Under the pieces are notes generated by a model. It made no database searches. It saw only the letters and a program-made list of their open reading frames with translations, and was not told where the DNA came from. Both the position numbers and the translations under genes were made by a program. Of a stretch of DNA of 64,000 bases, positions 1 through 10,116 are shown piece after piece. The stretch is from an uncultured OCS116 cluster bacterium (GTDB lineage: Bacteria > Pseudomonadota > Alphaproteobacteria > Rhizobiales > TMED25), in the NCBI GenBank assembly GCA_902538185.1, contig CACBED010000001.1:184285-248284 (forward strand). The letters are read 5' to 3'. Position 1 is the first letter of the stretch, and every line of letters starts with the position of its first letter.

Positions 1-1
1 G

Positions 2-730
2 GACGCGAATAAAGTATCGCGAATTGTTAATGATGGCATGATGAAGTGGGTTGATGCCCACCCGGACAAATTTGTAGGTCTTGGAACTGTTCCATTACAA
101 GAGTTGGATATAGCTTTAGATACACTTGATTACATAAAGAAAGAGACAAATCTCAAGGGTTTACAGATCCTGACAAATGTAAATGGCATGGAAATATCTG
201 ATGACTCATTAGATAAATTCTGGGCAAAAGTTGAAGAATATGATCTTGCAGTAATGCTACACCCATTAGGTTTTTCTCATGGGAAGAGATTTGGAAATTA
301 CTACTTTACTAATGTAATTGGCAACCCATTAGATACGACAGTTGCCTTACATTATATAATTTTTAACGGACTTCTTGAAAGATACAAAAATCTAAAAATA
401 TTAGGAGTTCACGGGGGAGGATTTTTACCTGCGTACTCCGGTCGAATTGACCATTCATGGGGAGCACGGAAGGACTCTTATGGTGATTTACCTAATCCTC
501 CAACTAGTTATTTGAAGAAGTTGTATTTTGATACAACTGTGTTCACGCATGAGCAGCTCGAGTATCTGGTCAATAATTATGGGGATGACCACGTTGTGCT
601 GGGAACAGACTATCCATATGACATGGCGGAGTATTTCCCAGTTCAACACATTGTAGATAGTAACTTGACTGATGCACAAAAGAAAAATGTTGTCGGACAG
701 ACCGCACTAAAGTTGTTTGATATAGAATAA
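2..730 (+). CDS. amidohydrolase-2 family protein (ACMSD-like metal-dependent decarboxylase/hydrolase), 5' end cut by window edge
   Basis: The frame is open from nt 2 with no upstream stop. The translation has HGGGFLPAYSGRIDHSW and LGTDYPYD, typical of the amidohydrolase_2/ACMSD family. Confidence 0.75.
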   Translation, partial: DANKVSRIVNDGMMKWVDAHPDKFVGLGTVPLQELDIALDTLDYIKKETNLKGLQILTNVNGMEISDDSLDKFWAKVEEYDLAVMLHPLGFSHGKRFGNYYFTNVIGNPLDTTVALHYIIFNGLLERYKNLKILGVHGGGFLPAYSGRIDHSWGARKDSYGDLPNPPTSYLKKLYFDTTVFTHEQLEYLVNNYGDDHVVLGTDYPYDMAEYFPVQHIVDSNLTDAQKKNVVGQTALKLFDIE

Positions 731-732
731 TA

Positions 733-1713
733 TTAAATACTTGTCAGCTTCCTGTCTTTTTCATTGGATGCTTTTGTAGTCTCGCCTTTGGCGTACTTTC
801 CTGTTAGCTGAGGCGTGTGAGCACCTTCAAGTCCTCGATCTTCAATATGGGTTTTTCTGGTAACTCGTTCCCAAGTTCTTTTCAGGGGATCTCTAACATT
901 AAAATTTAGAGTTCCAATTTGCTCAATTTCTAATTCAATTTTATCACCATCCATGAATGGATTAAGCCCTCGATGGTTCGTACCTGTAGCTACTATATCT
1001 CCAGGCTCTAATGCATGTATTGAGCTTAACCATGAAATACATTTTGGAATCTTATGTGCCATATCGTCTGTATTAAAGTTTTGCATTACCACACCGTTAT
1101 TTCTTAGAACTATTTGTAGGTTTTGAGGATCATCTATTTCATCTTTGGTAACTAAACATGGTCCAATTGGTGTATATGTTGCTCGTGATTTCATTTGAAA
1201 GAAAAAGTTTGATGCAATAAGGCCTCTTGCAGATCCATCAATTATATTTGTGTAGCCGAAAACATAATCCATTGCGTTCTCTTCGCTGACATTTTCTGCC
1301 CTCTTTCCTATAATCAGTGCGAGCTCAGCTTCTCCCTCAAATATTGATGCCGGTATGTCGGTTAACTCCATTGTATCTCCGTTACCGATAACTGTATTTG
1401 TTGCCTTATGGAAAGCATTGATTGGAGCAGGCTCAGACCTTGTGCCATCTTCCATATAATTTACAGCCATACAATCAATATTATTTGGACGTGGGCAAGG
1501 ACTCCTTAATTGTACCTCATTACTTGGAATACCATCGTTTGCTGCTACAAATTGTTCCAAAGAAGCTTTATACTTGTCATAATTTTCTATTAAACCATTA
1601 ATCAGGTCTCTGTTATCTCTCACCGGTATATCGGATAATTGTTCAGTAATATCAACAACGCTGTCTCTCTTTAAAACGCCTAATCTGAAGTCATTAAAAT
1701 ATACAAATCTCAT
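733..1713 (-). CDS. fumarylacetoacetate hydrolase (FAH) family hydrolase/isomerase
   Basis: GEAELALIIGK, IGPCLVT, GDIVATGT and IEQIGTLNFNV match FAH-family core motifs. It carries an extra ~45-aa K/T-rich C-terminal tail. It is convergent with the previous gene, with only 2 nt between the stop codons. Confidence 0.8.
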   Translation of the reverse strand: MRFVYFNDFRLGVLKRDSVVDITEQLSDIPVRDNRDLINGLIENYDKYKASLEQFVAANDGIPSNEVQLRSPCPRPNNIDCMAVNYMEDGTRSEPAPINAFHKATNTVIGNGDTMELTDIPASIFEGEAELALIIGKRAENVSEENAMDYVFGYTNIIDGSARGLIASNFFFQMKSRATYTPIGPCLVTKDEIDDPQNLQIVLRNNGVVMQNFNTDDMAHKIPKCISWLSSIHALEPGDIVATGTNHRGLNPFMDGDKIELEIEQIGTLNFNVRDPLKRTWERVTRKTHIEDRGLEGAHTPQLTGKYAKGETTKASNEKDRKLTSI

Positions 1714-1734
1714 TTTATCTCCCTAATCTAGCTT

Positions 1735-2574
1735 TTATATTATCAAATCTTCACTCGTGACGTCCCCCAGATAGACGTATCCAGTTTCTTCGACGCTTCC
1801 TGATCCAATATACAAACCAACAGCATGAATTGGGTCAGTTTCACTCGTGTTGTAAAGCCAATGCTCGACACCTTGAGGTATATAATGAAAATGTCCAGCT
1901 TCAATATATGTTTGTTCACCACCAGCCCCTGCAATACCCTTGCCTGATATAATATAATAAATTTCCTCACAATTTGTATGCATATGTTTTTTATGAATTG
2001 CACCTGGCATAAATTTAGCATTAAAGACTGTCGTAGTTGAGCCATTTTTTTTACTTATCGGAAGGCGAAAATCTGTTATTGACCATCCATCACCTTCATC
2101 CATCTTTTCGGGCTCTATGTCGTCAATATGGACTAATATACCCTCATTGAAACCAGTCCTTTCTTTTTTCAAATCCTCTTCTGTGACAGGACCGCAGTAT
2201 TCATAACCCGTATCTTCTACATCTTTTGCGCCAATGTAAAATCCAATAACTTCAGCATCTGAGTCAGTTGTTTCATTGTGGAAGAAGTGTTCTGAGTTTT
2301 TTGGCATAACTCTAAAATGTCCAGCTCTTACATTTGTTCTCTCACTGCCTTGTCCCACAACCCCATGCCCTTTGAGATACATCGCTATCTCTGGGCATCG
2401 AGAGTGTAGATGTTTGCTGTGAGTAGAACCTGGTTTGAATATTGAGTGAAAAACAGTTGTCGACGATCCCGACTCACCTGTTATTGGTAGTCTGAATTCA
2501 GATATGTTCCACCCGTTTTTTTCTTCCATTTTTGATATTGGAACATCTTTTATGTGAACTGGAGGGTATTTCAT
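1735..2574 (-). CDS. bicupin (two-domain cupin) metalloenzyme, substrate unknown
   Basis: There are two tandem cupin modules, each with a G..H.KH.H....E...Y...G metal motif (GSTHSKHLHSRCPEIAMYLKGHG and GAIHKKHMHTNCEEIYYIISGKG). Confidence 0.75.
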   Translation of the reverse strand: MKYPPVHIKDVPISKMEEKNGWNISEFRLPITGESGSSTTVFHSIFKPGSTHSKHLHSRCPEIAMYLKGHGVVGQGSERTNVRAGHFRVMPKNSEHFFHNETTDSDAEVIGFYIGAKDVEDTGYEYCGPVTEEDLKKERTGFNEGILVHIDDIEPEKMDEGDGWSITDFRLPISKKNGSTTTVFNAKFMPGAIHKKHMHTNCEEIYYIISGKGIAGAGGEQTYIEAGHFHYIPQGVEHWLYNTSETDPIHAVGLYIGSGSVEETGYVYLGDVTSEDLII

Positions 2575-2585
2575 GCATTACTCCT

Positions 2586-2774
2586 TTAAAAAAAATACTT
2601 AACGATAATTGATATTAGCCATCCATAGACAAGAGCTCCAAGGATCGCACCATATAATAAGAATTGCACTGGTCCTGGAATTTCCCCTTTTCCTTTATAG
2701 AGAAATAATGATAAATGAATAATCCCCAATATTGCGCCCAGAATGTACCATTTGTAAGTAAATATAAAATCCAT
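2586..2774 (-). CDS. small (62 aa) two-helix membrane protein, translationally coupled to upstream permease
   Basis: The internal ATG at 2774 overlaps the stop of the 477-aa membrane protein as TAATG. The product MDFIFTYKWYILGAILGIIHLSLFLY...LLYGAILGALVYGWLISIIV has two hydrophobic spans. The listed ORF start at 2810 would overlap the upstream gene by 37 nt. Confidence 0.4.
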   Translation of the reverse strand: MDFIFTYKWYILGAILGIIHLSLFLYKGKGEIPGPVQFLLYGAILGALVYGWLISIIVKYFF

Positions 2775-4207
2775 TAAATAACAACAAATTTGTTTGCGAT
2801 TATAACCCATATTGATAATAGCACGCCACCAATAATTGTAAATAAACCGTTCCAGTTCAAGCCCGCATAATGCGGTGTCACACGGCCTAATTTAGCGATC
2901 AATAAAGTTGATGCTGTAAAAGGCGAACTTATCCCTGTTATTGCCCAGCCCGCACACAGAGCTACAATGATACTATTTGGAGGGATCCCCATTATTTCTG
3001 CAGATGGAATTAATGGTCCAATCATATAAACAGCAAGTATGGGATTCATTCCAATTTGTCCACATACGGGCATAATCCATACAATAGCAATGAGTATTAT
3101 GGGAGCTGGTATGCCGTTTAAAAAACTTATGCTCTCTCCCGCAAAGTGATTAATTAAGCTCGATCCCATTATCCCAATAAATGCAGCCATTATCAGCACA
3201 ATAAGCTCTTGCTTGTAATTATATATATCTTCATTGATAAACTCATCAACTCTATGTGCCGTGTTATAAATTATTTTCTTTGTGTTACCTGTATTCTGAT
3301 ATGCAATCCAAATTATACTGTAAATAGGCACAACGAACATAACAACTGGTACCGCATTAAGATTCGTATAGTTCATGAGAGTAAAGATAATACCCAATAG
3401 AGTGATAAAAATAAAAGCTAATGGTATCAAAGTGTGCCACGTTCCTGAAGTTTTCAGGTCTGGGATTTGCATTCTCGATTTAACCTTTCGAGTCGCTACA
3501 TAGTCAAGAAACCAGCCAACAGTTATCAGAATTAGAGCGCTAATAATGCAAGATAGAGCAGCGCCAGTCCATGTCGTATTTGGAATAACGGACGTTGTTA
3601 TGGCTATTGAGAATGTTAGGGGAGACCAACATGTCATGGCCACGAAACCACGTTGAACCGCCAGAAGCATTGCCTTTCTATTTAATGCGCGAGAGTCGGG
3701 GTCTTTTATCTCACTACTGCCTTTCTCAGCCAGGCTACCAAGTAAAGAAATCGAGCCAAAACTGAGTATAACACCAAACATATGCCCCCCGAACGTTAAT
3801 GTAAGGTATCTTATTGAAGTTTTTTGTTCAGCCAGGTACCGCCCACACTTTTCCATTGCGGGTGACGATGAGGCAGCTTTCCTCAAACAGCAAAGCGATA
3901 AAAAAAAGGTTGCTACAAAAGTTGATTTTGTAAGAGCTTCTAGAGATACCTTGGTCCAGTCAGGTAATACAAGAATAGAAACTATAGTCAAAATAGAGCC
4001 AAGGGCTATAAATAATTTTCTCGATAGGGACAGATCATTCAGAGACATTGAGAGGTATAACAAAATTAAGAGAGCCGATATTACATAAGAAATATAAGAC
4101 CCTGACCACTCAGCCATTATGACAGATACCATCACGAGTGGCATAATGAGTGTAGTTATTGTTCTAAACTTTGGCTCAGTATTCTGGTAGCTATTAAATA
4201 TATTCAT
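2774..4207 (-). CDS. polytopic integral membrane protein (about 12 hydrophobic spans), putative permease of unknown family
   Basis: This is a 477-aa ORF that is hydrophobic throughout. I recognise no diagnostic motif. Confidence 0.65.
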   Translation of the reverse strand: MNIFNSYQNTEPKFRTITTLIMPLVMVSVIMAEWSGSYISYVISALLILLYLSMSLNDLSLSRKLFIALGSILTIVSILVLPDWTKVSLEALTKSTFVATFFLSLCCLRKAASSSPAMEKCGRYLAEQKTSIRYLTLTFGGHMFGVILSFGSISLLGSLAEKGSSEIKDPDSRALNRKAMLLAVQRGFVAMTCWSPLTFSIAITTSVIPNTTWTGAALSCIISALILITVGWFLDYVATRKVKSRMQIPDLKTSGTWHTLIPLAFIFITLLGIIFTLMNYTNLNAVPVVMFVVPIYSIIWIAYQNTGNTKKIIYNTAHRVDEFINEDIYNYKQELIVLIMAAFIGIMGSSLINHFAGESISFLNGIPAPIILIAIVWIMPVCGQIGMNPILAVYMIGPLIPSAEIMGIPPNSIIVALCAGWAITGISSPFTASTLLIAKLGRVTPHYAGLNWNGLFTIIGGVLLSIWVIIANKFVVI

Positions 4208-4214
4208 CTAATTT

Positions 4215-5420
4215 TCATGAAGATTTAACGAATACAAAATTTAATACGATAATTGTTATTAAAGCAAGAGTTGTTGTCGTTAGCTGAGCGATGCTAAAAA
4301 CAAATGATGATGTCATATGAATATTAGCAAGGGTGATGGTTATCAAGGCACCCCAACCAAAGTGAAGAAACCCTCCCAAGGCAGATGCTGAGCCTGCAAC
4401 TTCTGGTTTCACCGAATTGAGTGCCGCTGCATAGCAATTTCCAAGCAATAGTCCTGTACCGAAATTCGAAATTGCAAATGCAATCAGAACGGGAAGAGGT
4501 GTTTGCACCTCACTTATTCCGAAAAATAACTGCAGAACCCCACCTGAGCAGCTAAAGAGTCCACCAATAATTACAATTTGGTCAACAGTAATGTAATCCA
4601 ACATCTTTCTTGAAATGAAAGTGGCAAGAACAAAAAGAGATGGCATAATCATGACATAAAAACCAAAAACTTCAGGAGAAACACCCATAATAACAATAAA
4701 AATGATTGGAGACGCTACGACGTATGCCTGCATGGCCCCACTTGCAAATGCTACGATCATACTGTAGGACGTAAATTTTACATTCTTTAGTAAATCTCTG
4801 TAGTTAGTTAGAAGAGTTGTTATTTTTGGTGGATCTCGCATCTCTTTTGGTAGCGTTTCTTTCAAATTGAAGAAAATAAGAACTAAAACAATCAAACCCG
4901 TAAGTGAGGTGAAAAGGAATGTAGCTCTCCAATCAAACCAACCTGTTAAAAAACCACCAATAAAGGGGGCCAGTATAGGTCCAATTGCCATAGCGATTGC
5001 AACATAGGACATTGCTTTTGCAGCAGCTAAGCCTTCTGAGGTATCTCTAATTATTGCTCTGCTAATTACTAGAGTGGAACATGCCCCCGTGGCCTGTGCA
5101 ACCCGACAAAGCAAGAGAGTGTGAATATCATCTGCATTGGCGCATAAGTAACTTGCAATCGTAAAAAGCAATATTCCCAACAAAACAATTGGTTTTCTTC
5201 CAAATTTATCAGATAGCGGTCCAATTATTAGTTGGGTCGAAGCAAATGCCGCGAGATAAACAGGCACCATTGTTTGAACAATTGATCTTGGAATATTTAA
5301 TTCAGCGGCAATTGATGGAAGGCCGGGTAAGAAAATTGTAGAGGCAATTTGCCCAGCAAACAACATAGTGAATAATACAGACATTGGAGCATTTTGCTTG
5401 ATTTTGTTGGCGATCATCAT
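4215..5420 (-). CDS. MFS transporter, Bcr/CflA-type drug-resistance-like
   Basis: It has the MFS signature GPLSDKFGRKP after TM2 and a 12-TM profile. Its ATGA start overlaps the stop of the upstream MFS gene. Confidence 0.8.
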   Translation of the reverse strand: MMIANKIKQNAPMSVLFTMLFAGQIASTIFLPGLPSIAAELNIPRSIVQTMVPVYLAAFASTQLIIGPLSDKFGRKPIVLLGILLFTIASYLCANADDIHTLLLCRVAQATGACSTLVISRAIIRDTSEGLAAAKAMSYVAIAMAIGPILAPFIGGFLTGWFDWRATFLFTSLTGLIVLVLIFFNLKETLPKEMRDPPKITTLLTNYRDLLKNVKFTSYSMIVAFASGAMQAYVVASPIIFIVIMGVSPEVFGFYVMIMPSLFVLATFISRKMLDYITVDQIVIIGGLFSCSGGVLQLFFGISEVQTPLPVLIAFAISNFGTGLLLGNCYAAALNSVKPEVAGSASALGGFLHFGWGALITITLANIHMTSSFVFSIAQLTTTTLALITIIVLNFVFVKSS

Positions 5421-6625
5421 ACTCCAATTTCCCTATTTTTTGTATGTAACCATGCTTGAGTCAAGATTACTGCCAATACTCCGATAAGCCCGACAAAAAT
5501 AAATGTCTCAGTAATTCCAAATATATCGGAAAATATTCCATTCAATATTGAGCCAAGACCACTACCACCAATAGCGGTTGCAAGCCAAAGACTTGCGACT
5601 CTGGCCCTGTAAGTATCGGTTAGTTGCATTTGCACAGTTGATTGCATATCGATAGCAACATTTGTAACGCATGCTCCACTTATAAAGGCGGCTAGAATCG
5701 CTAAATACCAATTATCAACATAGCCAAGTATCGTAACAAATAATAAACCTAAAATAAGGGAAATCCTTGCAATCATTGGAATCCCATTATCATTGTATGT
5801 TTTTTTCCTTGATGCAATTAAAAATGAAGAAATTAAAGCCCCGGCTCCAGCTGCAGCCATAATTTGACCAAGACCCTCAACACCCATATTGAATTTGCCA
5901 TCAGCCAATGCGGGAAGTAATTCATGGCAACCGCGAATAATGACCGATGATATAAATGTTAAAATTATGCATTCAAAAATAACAGCATTTCTGTGCGCAA
6001 ATCTAGCTCCATCTATCAATTCTGAAATAAAGTTTGACTCTTTCTTTATACTTTCACCTTGTTTCGGTGTTAACACAATCATCGGCAGGGTTATCAATGC
6101 TGGCAGGAAAAAGAATGAAGAAAACAAGATGGTATATTTCGTTCCAATTAAACCAATGAGGATACCTCCAACGCTTGGTCCAATAATTCTTGCAATTTGA
6201 AAGTTCATTGCATTGAAGGCAACTGCATTTGCAATTGTTGGTTTATCAACAATGCGAGGTACGATTGTCTGCCTAGCGGAGCCTTGTGCACTATTTGCTG
6301 TACCAATTATTACAGCTACTGTGCACAATGAAAATATGGATAGGCTATCTGTAATGTGCATTATAAAAATAGTGAATGCCGCCAATGCTTGTATTATCTG
6401 AGCTATGATAGCAGTTCTAAGAGGTTCGATCCGGTCTAATAGTACCCCAAAAAAAGGTATTGTTGTGATGTATGGTACGAACAAGAAAAAAGACAGCAAA
6501 CCAACATAAGCACTTGAACCGGTAAGATCCCAGGCAATCCAGCTCATTACGAGTCGCGTGATCCACACTGCTTGCATAGATGGCGCCATGCCAAGAAAAT
6601 AGTATCTGAAATACTTGCTGTGCAA
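5417..6625 (-). CDS. MFS transporter (EntS/MFS_3-like)
   Basis: It is a 402-aa protein with a 12-TM-like hydrophobic profile. The N-terminal FRYYFLGMAPSMQAVWITRL is typical of the MFS_3 group. Confidence 0.7.
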   Translation of the reverse strand: MHSKYFRYYFLGMAPSMQAVWITRLVMSWIAWDLTGSSAYVGLLSFFLFVPYITTIPFFGVLLDRIEPLRTAIIAQIIQALAAFTIFIMHITDSLSIFSLCTVAVIIGTANSAQGSARQTIVPRIVDKPTIANAVAFNAMNFQIARIIGPSVGGILIGLIGTKYTILFSSFFFLPALITLPMIVLTPKQGESIKKESNFISELIDGARFAHRNAVIFECIILTFISSVIIRGCHELLPALADGKFNMGVEGLGQIMAAAGAGALISSFLIASRKKTYNDNGIPMIARISLILGLLFVTILGYVDNWYLAILAAFISGACVTNVAIDMQSTVQMQLTDTYRARVASLWLATAIGGSGLGSILNGIFSDIFGITETFIFVGLIGVLAVILTQAWLHTKNREIGV

Positions 6626-6731
6626 TGCAGGGTAACGAATTTTATCCTCAATGGGTAAGTGATGTGACTATTCGAATATAATTTACCATATTATTCTATA
6701 CAATAATAAATAAATTGTTTATGTAATTCAT

Positions 6732-7574
6732 ATGATAGAGCTAGATTACAATCAAAAAATTCAGTCACTAAAAGATGCCTCCTCACAGGTTTTTATAAAA
6801 ACGAATGAGAACACTGAAATTTCATTCCGTCAATGGGGCGAGGTTGGTCCGATATTAGTTATGCTGCACGGTGGGTATGGGTCATGGATGCACTGGTTAA
6901 ACAATATATACGAACTATCAAAAAAATTTCGAATAGTAGTTCCCGATATGCCGGGCTTTGGTGAGTCTGAATTATTACCATATCTTCCAACGCTAGATCA
7001 ATACGCACAAATATTGGTGGATGCACTCGACGAATTATTACCTGATGAACAATACAATATAGTAGGATTCTCATTTGGCTCTGCCATTGGATCTCATATG
7101 ATGGAATTTGTCCGTGAGAAAGTCTTACGATTAACGCTCGTTGGATATAATAGAACAGGTAATATGCCATTTAAGCGACCAAAGATGAAAAGTTGGAGAG
7201 AAGTAAATTCGAAGGAAGAATTATTTGAGGCACAACGTTTTAACTTATCAGTCATGATGTTACACAAAGATGAAAAGATTGATGATTTGGCGATCACAGT
7301 TCAGACTCTTAATACACGCGGAGGTAAGGTACGCAGCCTTGATATTGTTGCAACTCACGATCTGCCAGCTAGATTATTGGGGGTTGACAAGCCCATTGAT
7401 ATTATTTGGGGTGAGTTTGATGTGACTCTAATCAATGGAATTGATAATGCTAAAGATAGGATGAAAGAGCTCATTCCTGAGGTAAATTGTCATGTTATTG
7501 ATAATACAGGTCACTGGGTTCAATTTGAAGAACCTGAAGAATTTAATAAAATTATCTATGATATTTATAAGTAG
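6732..7574 (+). CDS. alpha/beta-fold hydrolase
   Basis: It has an HGGYGSW oxyanion-region motif, a GFSFGS nucleophile elbow (GxSxG) and a C-terminal GHW catalytic His context. Confidence 0.75.
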   Translation: MIELDYNQKIQSLKDASSQVFIKTNENTEISFRQWGEVGPILVMLHGGYGSWMHWLNNIYELSKKFRIVVPDMPGFGESELLPYLPTLDQYAQILVDALDELLPDEQYNIVGFSFGSAIGSHMMEFVREKVLRLTLVGYNRTGNMPFKRPKMKSWREVNSKEELFEAQRFNLSVMMLHKDEKIDDLAITVQTLNTRGGKVRSLDIVATHDLPARLLGVDKPIDIIWGEFDVTLINGIDNAKDRMKELIPEVNCHVIDNTGHWVQFEEPEEFNKIIYDIYK

Positions 7575-7692
7575 CTAACATCTCGAAAAGTAAATTTAAA
7601 ATTATTATTATTGAATCTAAATTAAATTTGGTTAAAATGCATTGGATGAAATCTTTTTCTTATAATAAGCAGAAAGTTTAACTATCAAATAA

Positions 7693-8754
7693 ATGTATAC
7701 AGCCTTAATAGTTTATTTGATTGCTGCAATAGGAATATCTTTTTTCTGTTCTATGCTCGAAGCTGCCCTTCTGAGTACTACACCTTCTTACACACAAGCG
7801 AAATTAAATGAGGGCACGCGAACAGGTAAGCTTCTTAACGAATTCAAAAATAATATTGATAAACCATTATCAGCAATTTTAACGCTAAATACGATTGCCA
7901 ATACATTTTGCGCGATTGGTGTTGGGAAAGAAGCGTCCAAACTTTGGCCAAACCATATCACGGTAACAGCCCTATTTGTCCCAATAGCGATGACCTTTGC
8001 AATCCTTGTCTTCTCAGAAATAACGCCAAAAACAATAGGAGCGAATAACTGGAAAAGACTTGCCCCTTTCACGGCAAAAAGTGTTCAGTTTCTTCTAATT
8101 TTACTTATGCCTGTAATTTGGTTTTTGCAGGTTTATACGAAAAAGTTCCTAATGAAAAATAATGATAATAAAGAGATCTTTTCAAGGGCCGATTTTCTAG
8201 CTATGGCCGATATAGGATCGAGCGAAGGAGAGCTAGATGAAGTTGAAAGCAAGCTTATTTATAACCTGCTTCATTTCAAAACTGTTCAAGTTAAAGATGT
8301 AATGACACCAAGATCTGTAATCGTATCAGAGCCAGCAGATATGTATGCGAACGAATTTTATGAGCTTCAAGAAGAGCTAATTTTTAGTCGAATTTTACTT
8401 GAAGAGAGCAAAGAGTCAGAAAATATCATTGGTTATGTTTTAAAAGACGAGGTCTTAGAGCACTTACTTGATGATGAAAATCATAAACAGCTGAAGGACT
8501 TCAAGAGAAATATTATCACAGTGCCAGAAACCCACAATATGCTAAAAATGTTCAATGATTTTATTAAAAACCACGAGCATATTGCTCTTGTCATTGACGA
8601 ATATAATGGGGTTGCTGGCATCATAACTATGGAAGATGTTATTGAGACAATATTGGGGGATGAGATTGTTGATGAGACTGATAAAGTGGCTGACTTGCAG
8701 GAATATGCTATTCAACAAGGTAAATCGATGTCTGATAACGTTAAAAAAGCATAA
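7693..8754 (+). CDS. CNNM/DUF21 transmembrane domain + CBS-pair protein (TlyC/CorC-like), no CorC_HlyC C-terminal domain evident
   Basis: The N-terminal SMLEAALLS...LTLNTIANT is the DUF21 signature. It is followed by a CBS-like VKDVMTPR...GIITMEDVIE pair. Confidence 0.75.
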   Translation: MYTALIVYLIAAIGISFFCSMLEAALLSTTPSYTQAKLNEGTRTGKLLNEFKNNIDKPLSAILTLNTIANTFCAIGVGKEASKLWPNHITVTALFVPIAMTFAILVFSEITPKTIGANNWKRLAPFTAKSVQFLLILLMPVIWFLQVYTKKFLMKNNDNKEIFSRADFLAMADIGSSEGELDEVESKLIYNLLHFKTVQVKDVMTPRSVIVSEPADMYANEFYELQEELIFSRILLEESKESENIIGYVLKDEVLEHLLDDENHKQLKDFKRNIITVPETHNMLKMFNDFIKNHEHIALVIDEYNGVAGIITMEDVIETILGDEIVDETDKVADLQEYAIQQGKSMSDNVKKA

Positions 8755-8761
8755 TCGCTTT

Positions 8762-9439
8762 TTATCTTAAAATTTTTCTTATAATTGGCCATGCATATCT
8801 CAAACTCAGAAAACTTGCCAGTGACCCAACAACATAGGTAAATGCAGCGGCGGTCAGGACCGTATTACAAGCCCTATGGTACTCACTCGGTATTTTCTCC
8901 TTAAGAATTGGTAGCGCCCTCTTATAGCTGGCATCAAATTCAACATCCAGAGTAATGAGATGTAAAACGACATTTATAATTATACTAAGCGCAACGAGGA
9001 CCCCAGCAATTTTAATGAGTGGTATCAAACCAGTTGCAATGATGGGCCCAATACCGATATACATTATACCGCCTGCAAGTCTTGATATCCACGTCGTACT
9101 TTTAATGATTTTTTGACGTCTTGATAAGGGCTCATATCCCTCTTTATCTTGAATGGCATGGCCAATCTCATGCGTTATAATCGATAGAGCAGTAAGGCTT
9201 TTACGGTTTAACCTATATTTTTTTATTCTGATTTTTTTTCTATCAGGGTCGTAATGGTCACCGATTTCTGTTGGCTCAATATCGACGTTTTTTATTTCAA
9301 AATCATTCAATATATCTTGGCCAAGCTCCTGCGCTGTAAATGGCATTCCATCGAGCTCATTATCATACTTATTAATGGTGTAGTGAAATACAAGAATAGG
9401 AAGTACGTAAATTGCAAGACCAATAAAAATGAAAGCCAT
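8762..9439 (-). CDS. membrane zinc metallopeptidase (YugP-like)
   Basis: It has an HEIGHAIQ zinc-binding motif, plus an N-terminal and two C-terminal hydrophobic helices. Confidence 0.7.
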   Translation of the reverse strand: MAFIFIGLAIYVLPILVFHYTINKYDNELDGMPFTAQELGQDILNDFEIKNVDIEPTEIGDHYDPDRKKIRIKKYRLNRKSLTALSIITHEIGHAIQDKEGYEPLSRRQKIIKSTTWISRLAGGIMYIGIGPIIATGLIPLIKIAGVLVALSIIINVVLHLITLDVEFDASYKRALPILKEKIPSEYHRACNTVLTAAAFTYVVGSLASFLSLRYAWPIIRKILR

Positions 9440-9460
9440 TACGAAAATTTACCTCATTAT

Positions 9461-10087
9461 TTAAAGCGTGAAATTGACCAGTACATTTAAACCTAGACCA
9501 ACAGATAAAATTATAAACAAAATTCCAATGAACTTATGTATAAAACGGTAATTACTTTTTATTAGTTCAAATATCATTCCGGTGGTCACCAAATAAACGA
9601 GAAGTACATACCAGAGAGTATCAACAATTCCAGCTGTAATAACTAGTGTAGCATTTAGAGTTAAATTATTATCTATCGACATGAATTGAGAGTAAATAGC
9701 AACAAACCAGATAAAGATTTTGGGGTTAAGTATTGAGATGGCAAAACCTTGGGCAAACGAAGTGACCCCACTTTTTACTGATGTATCTTCAAAATCAATT
9801 TGGTCTGTATTTCTCAGCGACTGAACCCCAAGATAAAATAAAAAAGCAATCGATAGGACTTGTAATCCATTAAAAATGAGGGAGCTTGTTTGAATGATCA
9901 GCCCAATCCCCAAAACTGCAAATAATGCATAAATAGCAATTCCTATACCATGAGCAATTGCGGTTATGATACCATTGACCCGGCTCTTTGTGATCGCATT
10001 ATTTATTACAACAACCATACTAGGACCTGGAGACATCGCTCCGAGAAGGCATAAAAGAAATATTTGAATAAATAACATTAATGTCAT
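9461..10087 (-). CDS. LysE/RhtB family amino-acid exporter
   Basis: It is 208 aa with about 6 TM spans. The N-terminal GAMSPGPSMVVV is characteristic of LysE-type translocators. Confidence 0.8.
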   Translation of the reverse strand: MTLMLFIQIFLLCLLGAMSPGPSMVVVINNAITKSRVNGIITAIAHGIGIAIYALFAVLGIGLIIQTSSLIFNGLQVLSIAFLFYLGVQSLRNTDQIDFEDTSVKSGVTSFAQGFAISILNPKIFIWFVAIYSQFMSIDNNLTLNATLVITAGIVDTLWYVLLVYLVTTGMIFELIKSNYRFIHKFIGILFIILSVGLGLNVLVNFTL

Positions 10088-10116
10088 GGTTCATCCTATC
10101 ATTGCGTAATTTATTA

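Noticed and set aside
2775-2810. Longer 74-aa version of the small membrane ORF
   Set aside because: It would overlap the permease 3' end by 37 nt. The internal ATG at 2774 gives the common TAATG stop/start coupling instead.
6423-6432. GGTTCGATCC, which resembles a tRNA T-arm
   Set aside because: It lies inside the MFS transporter coding region. I could not fold the flanks into an acceptor or anticodon stem. I saw no tRNA-like cloverleaf elsewhere in the window.
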